Positions 20,515 through 32,000 of a stretch of 32,000 nucleotides of DNA are shown one piece after another. The DNA is taken from assembly GCF_000400465.1 (NCBI RefSeq), contig NW_008806287.1, positions 300,824 through 332,823 on the forward strand, given 5' to 3'. The stretch is from Wallemia ichthyophaga EXF-994 (taxonomy: Eukaryota > Fungi > Basidiomycota). Within the stretch, counting starts at the first letter, position 1. Each line of letters begins with the position of its first letter. A program made the position numbers and the translations under genes. The notes below the pieces were generated by a model. The model worked only from the letters and a program-made list of their open reading frames with translations. It was not told the origin of the DNA and did no database searches.

Positions 20515-22759
20515 CTACAACTCAATCCTATTATACTTGGCATCATGATTGTGCAATTTGCTCTGATTGATCTTTATCCTCTTCTCATCCGCCTTAACAA
20601 AGACTTCAACCGACCACTCAAACCACACCTTCTTGTTATCAGTAAGACGCCAGAGATGTACATCCACCTCGCTATTCGTTGGTAGATATACGCCCGTGTT
20701 TATTGGAAAATATATTGGGAACCAACTTAACATTTCCTTATCATAACGCTCTGGATGTGTCGATAGCCACACATTCCCGTACAAATGTGCTTCAAAGTAT
20801 CCTGCTAATCCATGCAGAACACCAGCATAAGGAATAGTGAATGTCAGATGGGCTGCTCTTGTGTTATGATAGTTTGTCATCGGATTCCCATTTCGATCCA
20901 TCACAAACTCATACTTGGATGGGTGCTTATACGACCAACATTGCTGAACTGCCTTACGATTGCTTTCTTTATCCATTCCGCTGAGTATATTTACAGCCTG
21001 GAACATGACCACGTAAGGCATTTCAGCATTCTTAGCATCTCCCATGTGCATCACCTCATTATACAGCTTGGTTGACGATAGTGGGGCTATGTATGACGTG
21101 TAGTAGGATGGTATTGACACTCCATATGGCTTCAAAAGCCTCATAGCACCATCTAAACATTCGGGAGAGAGTTCATTATCACCAAAGCTACCAAGTAGCT
21201 CAGAGATGAGTATATCATTCTTCTGCTCGTCTTCCAGTTCTATAATACGCATATCGCCAAAAACCAACTCTACACTCGCGATTTTGCTCTCATTCCATTC
21301 ATCCATTCTACCTTGCAATGTTACACAAGCATTTGGGTTTTTCTCTACGGCCATTATGTGTATCCTTCTACCTTCAGCTGCAGCTTCTACTGCGTTAATT
21401 GCTCCTTGCACTAATGGCCCTCGACCAGCACCAACGACTGCTATCCTTGTCAGTGAATTTGGTTCTTTATCGAGCAGTGCTAGGTATGTTGCTTGTTCGT
21501 ATTTTTGATACTTGATAGGATCTTTTTCGAATATTTCATATGTCGAGCTATCCAAGTTGTCAAGAAGAGGCTGCAGCGGTGCTTGTAACCAATCCATATA
21601 TCCACTTGCAAACTGCTCGACAGAAGTTGCACTGTCGTTTGAAAGCTTCTCCATGTAGCGTAGGTATTGCACATATGCTTTGCTGCCACCGGACTTGTGA
21701 ATACCTTCGTAAGTCTCAGTGAGTACAATTGTCGGAAGTGTCTGTTTGTTGGAATGAGTTGAGTTAATAGAAATGACAAAGAAAAAAATACCCACTTTGA
21801 TCTGCTCCTTGATAAACTCCTGACAAGACTTGGAGAGAACAGGATATCCTTTTGCGTTCCCTACAAAGGCATTTGCTGGTATAATAATCTGCCGAGTTGG
21901 TTCACTCGACCATCTCTTGAGTGCACAGGGCGGTGGCAGAGGCTGGCCAAGATCCAACGCCAGGCCAAGCCTAGGCGAGTAGTCACAGAGTGTACGTATA
22001 GCATCCCAGACTTCCCACGTCGATGAAGGATCGCCCTTGAACTCAGATAACGCCGGGGATACGCCGGATTGCTCAAGTTCAGCAGGATCAGACACAGGTA
22101 TCATGACAGAAAGCTGCAAATACGACGTGCTATCTAATGCTGCCATAACAGACCGAGCATAGTCTGCGACATGTTTCCGATTCTTCGGTGCTGGTAATAT
22201 GAGCGTGTGTATACTAAGATAAGAAGCGTACGCGACTTCCTGCTTCAGAGCCATCTCCGAATCAAACCTGATTCCCTCATCTGGAGAATCGAGCTCAAGC
22301 CAATCTGACGCAAAGGCAATTATCGACTCGCATTCGTCTGTGCGCGTGAGTGATTAGAGTAATGGAATAAGCGTATTTAACGCACCAAGCTTAGAAACAT
22401 TTACTTCATTCTTATCGTAAACCCTTGTTAGCCTCCAGACTTCTGCCTCCTTGGCTGTCTGTCGATCTTGTACAACGTTCTCTGTCGTCAAGGCCAATAA
22501 GAGCAGGCAATCAACAAAATCAAAACGCACCAGACTTTCCAGCTATATAGCTCGCCCTAGCTCTGCCCTTATTGACATCGTTTTCGTTTGAAACACAGTA
22601 GCGCTGCCAACGAGTTTTCCAGGTGGGTTTGGTGAACGGGAGAGTGATTGCGTCGTAATCAAGATCGAATGCATCATTCACGTGATCCAAAATTGTCGGA
22701 TTGCTATCGAGCAAGTCCTGATCGATGTGGTTCGCTATCGGCACACGATTCCCGGTCAT
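20515..22759 (-). CDS. PRMT5: Type II protein arginine methyltransferase PRMT5 (Skb1/Hsl7); at least 3 introns
   Basis: LQAPLQPLLDNLDSSTYEIFEKDPIKY, VVGAGRGPLV, AVEKNPNA, ISELLGSFGDNELSPECL, MLSWFPIYFP. Two spliced N-terminal exons start at MTGNRVP (22759). Confidence 0.93.
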
Positions 22760-22838
22760 GGTTACTGTCCAAGGGAAAAGACAGACGCGTAAATGTGCCA
22801 AAGTGTATTCATGCATAAATCACAAGTACTCAAGCATT

Positions 22839-24764
22839 TTACAACTCAAACCCTTCCGTACTCAACTTCTCCTCAAATGTCAACACCTCAAACACCAACC
22901 TACGCCATATCTTGATAGCAGCCGTCTTTGAGTCTTCAAGCATCACGGGCTCAAGCGTCTCCACAAATTCATCTATACCTTGCTTTGATTTGAGCTGATC
23001 GCTCACAATTTCCATCATTTCTTCATCAGCTTCTCCGAAATACTCCTGCATCAGTGACTTTGTAATGGGTATGAGTCTCTTTGAGATAATTGCATCTGTT
23101 ATAGCATCCCAATTCACATCAAATCTGGATAACGATGTGTAATCTTCTGGGACATCGTTAGCAATTTCTCTCAATCGCACTCTTCTCGCAGCCTCTCTCT
23201 GCTCCGGCGTGAGATCATCTTTGTCTGGAACAATACCGCTGTAGTCGAGTTTGACAAGTTTGCGCTTTTGTATTGTCTCGCCGTTTTCATCAACCTCCTC
23301 ATCGTTGAATGCTGTGGTACGTGCTGCTTGCTTGGATGGCTCCGCCGTCTCAGTATATTGGGTGGGCTGAGCGGCTGCTGACAATCTAATCGGCATACCG
23401 TCATCCATCAAAACACCTCTCTTCTTCTGCTCTTTAGTGAAGTTCTCCATATCTCTAGCTTGTTGCTCTAAGAAAACTTCAGTGTCTCTCTTAACCTTTT
23501 CAGATTCGTTTACTTCCGCCACTTTATCTGCTTCATCTGCGGTCTCTTCTTTCCGTCTAGCTTGTGAGCGTCCATTTCTCCATTTGCGTCTAAAGCATGT
23601 AAGTTAGGTGATGTAAAGAACGGCACACCCACCTGTTCACGTAGAACAGTTCATTCTTTTCAGCTAGTTTATCATCGTCAACTGCTAGTAGCTTATGTAA
23701 TGCACTCTCCCTCGCGCTAGTGTCAGAGCTATCATTTGCCCTTTCTCTTGCAAGATCTCGATCATATTCATTTAGTCTTGCTCTCTCCTTCCCTTCAAAC
23801 TTGCGTTCACGGTCTCTGAAAGCCAGTTCTCTATCTCTAGACCTCCTGGACAGACGATCTTTTTCTGATTTCTCATCTTGCTCGGCCATTGACAAGGCTT
23901 GCTCTAAGGTCATTGGCAAGTCTTCAGATCTGTCTTGTTGATGGCTAGAAGACGACCTTACGAAGCCGACAGGTTTATTGAATGACTGTGGATCATTAAC
24001 ATTGGAGCCACTGATACCGCTTCGACTACCCCACTTTCTCATGTTAGATTTCTGATCGCGTTCTCTTTCTCTCTCAGCCTGATCTCTCTCCAAACGCTCT
24101 TTATCGCGCTGCTCTTTCTCCTGTCTCTGCACCTGCTTAGATTTGACAGCAGGGTTTACCATAGTGCCTGATCTGAACATTTCGATCATGTTGAGTGTCT
24201 CCTGTCTATGAGCCTCAGGTATCTCCTCTGGAGGTAAATCACGAAGGTGGGCAGGTGTATCGTCTGCTATAGGAACTGCATTGTTCATATTAGGGCCTCT
24301 AGCGTATAGGTTTGGATCTGACATGTGATCCAGTATCTTTGCTATCACTTCCTCTGCTCTGTGCTCCTCCAATTCCTCATCGTCTGTTTTAAGCAGAGTC
24401 TTCTCGTAATCGTCTAGAAATGCTCTCGTTTTCTCGTCTGGCTTCACCAGCAGATTCTTGCGTGGTTGACCGCGTTCACCAGCGGGGACTGACACGCCAT
24501 TAAGCGTTTTGATTGCTCGGAGTACACTATCTGGCTCGGCAAACGTCGCGAATCCAAAAGCCTGTGGTTTGCCTGTTGGGCCTCTAACACGATTGAGAGT
24601 AACGAGATTTCCGGCGGCCTTTGATATTTGATTAGAGGGAATTATAATTGAGGTGGTACTCGATATGGTACACTCACATTCAGTAATCTATCCAGCCACT
24701 CATCACTTACGCCTGCACTGATACTACCCACAAATACTGTGAGCTTCTCGCTACCTGGGACCAT
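22839..24764 (-). CDS. RRM + PWI U1 snRNP-associated splicing factor (RBM25/Snu71/Usp107-like)
   Basis: N-terminal LTVFVGSISAG|VSDEWL and GKPQAFGFATF (RNP motifs), a charged RE/RD-rich middle, and a C-terminal PWI-like segment (YFGEADEEM...LEPVMLEDS...KIWRRLVFE). Confidence 0.82.
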
Positions 24765-24839
24765 TGTAATGTGCAAAGAGAGGAAAGTACAAATAATATT
24801 AATTAAAAGGTATTTGACAATGAATTACTTTAAATGCAT

Positions 24840-25954
<1,115 letters not shown>

Positions 25955-25987
25955 ATTTTACTTAACACGTCGTCGTTCTCTTTAAAG

Positions 25988-26012
25988 ACGCGCAGGCGCA
26001 GGCAATACGCGT
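25988..26012. promoter_or_regulatory. MCB-like elements (ACGCG at 25988, ACGCGT at 26007) upstream of PCNA
   Basis: The MluI box lies about 35-55 nt upstream of the PCNA ATG. MCB control of PCNA is established in yeasts, but the motif also occurs in other spacers here. Confidence 0.45.
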
Positions 26013-26273
26013 CGTGATCGTAATTTCATCGTAAAAATATTTGTGTGTGTGCCAAATAAATGGACTAAGTGATCGTGGTTACGAGCGTATGAGCTACCGC
26101 CTTGATACATCCCCACATCCTCAAACCATTCATCAAAACAGCTTTGTCTATAAGACTAATATGTTTACAAAGGCATCATCTATATCTTCATGTGTAGCAA
26201 ATAATATCTAAGGAATCCAACCAAAAAACATCAAAAAATTGTCAAAGAGAGAAGACATCCCATCTACCTCCGA

Positions 26274-28218
26274 CTACCTCTTATCATCTTCACTGCTATC
26301 CGAGTTATTCTCCCTCCTCCCTGCACCTCTATGCCTGAGATTGTTGTTTGCACTCTCCGCCTCCCTGTCACTCAAGCTTGGTCTCAGCATTTGTTCGTTT
26401 CCAGCAACAACAGCAGGATCCAGTGGCTTTGGTTTTTCAAATACCGAAAACTCAGCGCCAGTTATCTTGGAGCGTATGTACATGTACAATACCCTAACTC
26501 CAAATGCAGCAATTGTCCAGAGAATTGAGCCCACTGGCGCTGCAATAAACGTACCTAAAGCCTCGAAACTGTTGTACGATGGATAGAGACCTTCGTTGAT
26601 AATGAGCAAAGCACCTGCAGATGAAGCATCTCCATTGTAATAAACCAAGCCGAATAAGAATACGGTGAGAATGCCTGGTGGTGGTGGTGGTGGTGAGCAG
26701 AAGCCGAGATTTTGCATAATAACTTACCTCCCAGTCCACCTATTATCACATCAAACCCATTCAGAAAGTATAATCTGTCCGTAAATCCAAGTAACATTGC
26801 CGGCATAATAGCAGCGGACACCAGATCAGCAATGAGATAAAGAATGAGGACATCATTTACTTTGTTGGATGCTACTGGTCCAATTACAGCTGCATTTCTA
26901 AAAAGAACGTCAGATTAATCAGCACTTCTTAGTAAGAACCTACACAATCAAAATCAATCTTGTCCACCAAACGTTAATCTTGTTTCTGAATATGTCATTT
27001 GAAACTGTTGCAACTAAAGCTGTTTGGAGCGTATCATACGCTGCACATGAGAGAGCAACAGACAAGACCATCATCAACCCATTTATCCACGCTGGACAAA
27101 ACCTGTTGACGAGAAGGAAGAGTACTGTTGAGCTGCTATCTTCGTTTACGTTGTTGGGACCTGGATATACGTTTGACCAAGAAGCAATCAAACCAGCTTT
27201 AAGTGGTGTTGATTTTGGTGTTAAATGGGTGGTGGGTATTAGAGAAGGTAAATCACTCACAAAATCCAACAAGGAAGGTCAAGCAAAAGATGAGACAAGC
27301 TGCGAGGATACAGCCGATTGTCAAATCTTTCTGAGATTTGGCGGCGTAACAACGCTGCCAGTAGCTGGACAAGAAGTAGTCTTGGATGTGATGTTAGTAG
27401 AGAGTGTGGTGTCTTTGTGATTTTGCACTCACTGTTGAACACAACAGCGACTGGGAGAACTTAAACTTGAATTAACTTTGATTAGGAGGATAAGCTAACA
27501 ACCCACTGTACAACAGTTGCCAACCGAGCTGACTATCCTTCAACAGATCTGATCTTTGGTGAATCAAATCGGTGTCAATTTCTACATTCACGGCGACTGC
27601 AATTGTGCAAACAACAACGAGAATAATGAAGAAAGAAGCCTGAATGGTATCAGTTACGAGGGATACCTTGAAACCACCCCAAGCGGTGTACATCATGGTG
27701 ACCAGCATTTCCACGACGATGGGCATAATCAGCCAAACGTTTTGAGTTTCTGAAGACCATCCAGTGAGTGACTGAATGACAGAGTGAATGGAAGTCATTT
27801 CAGAGAGCATAAAAACGTATAATGTGATAATAGTGAATGTAGATAAGAAAAGACCAGCTGGAACACCGAATCTAGCCCTAATGAACTCTGTCAAGATAAA
27901 ACCCTCCGGACATTTCTTTCGAAGTTGAGAAGCGAGTGGTGGGAAAGTGAGCAGTGGTAGACTGGCAGCCAAAGAGTACGTTATCAGTGGCTGTAGACCG
28001 TAAGTTGCAATTTCTGGGTAAGTGAGTTGTAGGCCAGCGCCCAAACCTTGAGCAGCAAAGTTGCACATAATAACGCCGCTATTGGCAGTCTTTGCGGCTG
28101 CCAGGAAATCTGTTTTGGTCTTGGTAACGAAGAAGCTGATCACCAAACCGATAATGAGGAAAACACCCAAGGTGACGTAGATGATAGCCATTGAGGCATC
28201 GTCAGAGGGATATGCCAT
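26274..28218 (-). CDS. DUR31: Sodium:solute symporter family transporter, DUR31-like (putative thiamine/polyamine transporter); several introns
   Basis: MAYPSDDASMAIIYVT, NFAAQGLG, RKKCPEGFILTEFIRARFG, GGFKVSLVTD, spliced YFLSSYWQRCYAA, and multiple TM segments. Confidence 0.78.
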
Positions 28219-28684
28219 GAGAGGATCTATCTGTTGGTGGTTTCGGAAAAAGGATTAATTCCTCTGGATCGCCACAAGATGGGAACTAGGAACGGACTTA
28301 AGTGGGAGGATATGGGGAATGCGAAGGATATTGAGATATTTGGGAGTTTATAAAAGCTTGTCAATTAAATTTCACTCTTTTCCAATGTCGTTCCTATCGC
28401 AGCGGTAAATAAATGTGCCTGGCCAGGGTGCTATAGGGTGCTTTAGGCGTTAAGGATACAACAATTCGTTTTCTAGGCCTTAGGAACACTTAACAGCTTT
28501 AAATCAATTCAATCGCATTTTCCAAGCCGCAAAAAAACCGAGATAATGGAGCAGCGGAAATGATTAGAAAATACTTTCGAAATAGCCTCTTAAAGAACAT
28601 AAAATATCTCAAATGAATTTCCACACGGATTTCACAGCTTTTTAAGCCTCGGATGACTAACCCGATCTTGGTAGCAAACCACCA

Positions 28685-30154
<1,470 letters not shown>

Positions 30155-30568
30155 AAGCGATAGATCATACATGACATTATTTTTTATTCCACGTATGAAA
30201 AAGCCACAATCGATGCTGTCAAGCATTTTGAAACATTAGACATGTCGATAATATTACTTCGGAAAAAGGACCAGCATTGGGGTACGGTGTCGAAGTCCGG
30301 TCTCTCAGAGACCCATTCTATAGGTTATTTTAGCAAGCATTTAAATATTGTCGATACAATTCGTCTTATTCCTAAAATACTTTGAAAAGATGAAGAGTTT
30401 TAGTAATCTAGATCATCGCCTATAACTCAAAATACGCTAACCTTGCGCATAAAAGAACATTAGACAACAGTCTTGTAAAAAGTTCAGCTTTATCTTCCGC
30501 CTAAAGCGACCCATTGCATCCGAGATGCCACAAACGGCCCAAAGGGACAAGTAGCAGAACAAATAATT

Positions 30569-30681
30569 CGTCAGCTGTAGGATTCGAACCTACGCACTAC
30601 AAGAGTACTTGATAGTATGCTTTGGAAGAACTCCACTTATGAAATTCTAATCAAGCGCCTTAACCACTCGGCCAAACTGAC
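30569..30681 (-). tRNA. tRNA-Ser(AGA) with a 31-nt intron (30614-30644) at the canonical 37/38 site
   Basis: GTCAGTT/AGCTGAC acceptor, TGGCCGAGTGGTTAAGGCG D-arm, CTTGA/TCAAG anticodon stem, long variable arm, GGTTCGAATCC T-arm and G73. U32 can pair with intron A(-3). Confidence 0.93.
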
Positions 30682-30694
30682 TATGTAAATGTCT

Positions 30695-30979
30695 TGATCT
30701 TTGTGAGGTCAAAGTGCACACAAAGAGCAAGGCGCTGAGATTAATAAAAGAATTAAGTCTAAGATGTATCAAAAGAAAAGGTAGTCGTTTAAATAGTTTA
30801 GAATTCTAGGTTTTATTCCCATTGTCTCGTTATCTTCATTGTCCTCGTGCATAATCATGCATTATCTTCATTGTTCGTTTTATTCTCATTGTTCTCATAG
30901 CGACCATGATGTCATGTTACCTGTTCCTGCATCTTGCCCGCTGTATTACCTACGAAGGTAGGGGCACATCCTTATATCA
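30695..30979 (-). repeat. Putative 3' LTR (~285 bp) of the gypsy element
   Basis: Starts TGAT immediately after the polypurine tract, with an inverted ATCA end at 30695, a TATTTAAA box and AATAAA motifs. The distal end is inferred and the partner LTR is outside the window. Confidence 0.6.
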
Positions 30980-30992
30980 CTCCCCCCTCCTT
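30980..30992 (-). other. Polypurine tract of LTR retrotransposon
   Basis: AAGGAGGGGGGAG directly followed by TG on the minus strand. Confidence 0.8.
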
Positions 30993-32000
30993 GTAACTAC
31001 GTCCCCGTAGTTGCTAATTTCATGAAGTGCTTCCGCGTCTACCCACGTTGCGTCGCTGATTGGTTGATTTTGCCACTGAACGAGGTATTGAGTGCCATCT
31101 GGTGTGTCCGTGATCGATAATATGTTTTGTACCTGTCCACGTCTGTATAATTGATCGTCGTCCTCTCATTGATACCGATTATTGTTTATGGCCATTGTTG
31201 CTCTTGTCATCAAAGAGGTTGGTTGTTGTGGTCTGTCTGTGTTTGCCTTTTTTAAATAGCTTGCGTGAAAAACATTATGTGCTCGGGTGTGCCTTAATTC
31301 TACTCGGTACGCGGTGCTCCATTTGTCTAAAACTCTGAAGGGTCCTAACCATACGCTGTCCGTCCTAAGTCGATACATTGATGGTATACCACTATTGTGG
31401 ATGTATACCATATCACCAATGTTGATGTTCTCTTCTCGTCGGGATTGGTTTGTATAGTTTGAATTGTAGTCCTTGATCCTCCTTAAATTGTCCTTTGCTC
31501 TGGTTGTCATGCTCTTGACTATTGAAGCGAATCCGTTAGCTGATGGTGTCTGTGTTGCGTGTGTGATTGTCCCTGGTCTGTTTACGTTTTGTCCATATTC
31601 AAAATAGAATGGTCTGATTCCTGTTGAATCATGTTTTGAATCGTTATAACTGAATTCTGCTAATGGCAATAGTGAGTCCCAATTTGTTTGTTGATTGTTG
31701 GTGTAAGATCTGATGTATTGTTCCAATGTCTTGTTTGTTCTTTCTACCTGTCCGTTTGTTTCTGGATGCCCGCCGCTTGTATATCTTAACTGTATTCCCA
31801 GTAGTTCGTGTAATTGTCTCCAAAAATTCCTAAATCTTACGTCTCTATCGTGAATGAAAATTTTGGGTAGTCCGTGGTGTCTAAATACGTTGGCCAAATA
31901 TAAGTATGCTATGTCTGCTCCTGAGGTTGTGTCTTTTGTTGCTATAAAATGTCCCCTTTTTGATAGATGGTCCACTACTACAGGTTAGGTTAGGTGAACA

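Larger units (their letters stand above)
30695..32000 (-). mobile_element. 3' part of a Ty3/gypsy LTR retrotransposon (integrase, PPT, LTR), probably degenerate
   Basis: Integrase ORF 31166-31975 with IHDRDVRF, HPETNGQVERTN (DDE core) and GPF/GPY module WLGPFRV...HNVFHASYLK. An in-frame TAA at 31985-31987 interrupts the upstream pol frame. Confidence 0.92.

Noticed and set aside
28386-28410. Minus-strand ATTTACCGCTGCGATAGGA resembling the 3' end of a TPP aptamer, upstream of DUR31
   Set aside because: The required upstream CTGAGA and TGAT elements are absent, so it is a partial chance match.
31983-31995. TTAGG x2, telomere-like
   Set aside because: Only two units and not the TTAGGG repeat; more likely a small duplication disrupting the pol frame.

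Overview
Very gene-dense fungal nuclear DNA with short (~43-60 nt) GT-AG introns. The protein sequences look basidiomycete, and the compactness suggests a Wallemia-like genome (inference only). I can support 17 protein-coding genes, in order: DAG-lipase-like, ERG5, Ras2-type GTPase, ARF1, cytochrome b5/acyl-CoA dehydrogenase, AA9 LPMO, SET methyltransferase, Aro8-like aminotransferase, p23/Sba1, ERG13, NPL4, SPX-RING, PRMT5, RBM25/Snu71-like, PCNA, DUR31-like transporter and LEU2. There is also an intron-containing tRNA-Ser(AGA) and the 3' end of a Ty3/gypsy LTR retrotransposon. The standout is at 14263-14338: a complete tRNA-Arg(ACG) cloverleaf encoded in circularly permuted order (3' half, CCAC linker, 5' half), with an upstream TATA-like box and a downstream T-run. 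I know this architecture from algae and an archaeon but not from fungi. Next most notable are an Npl4 that lacks both zinc fingers and ends in a Rad23-type UBA domain, a chromodomain-less gypsy element apparently ending ~13 bp upstream of the tRNA-Ser gene, and an AA9 with a His-to-Gln change in the copper second sphere. Intron boundaries were placed by eye, and family assignments come from remembered motifs, not database searches.
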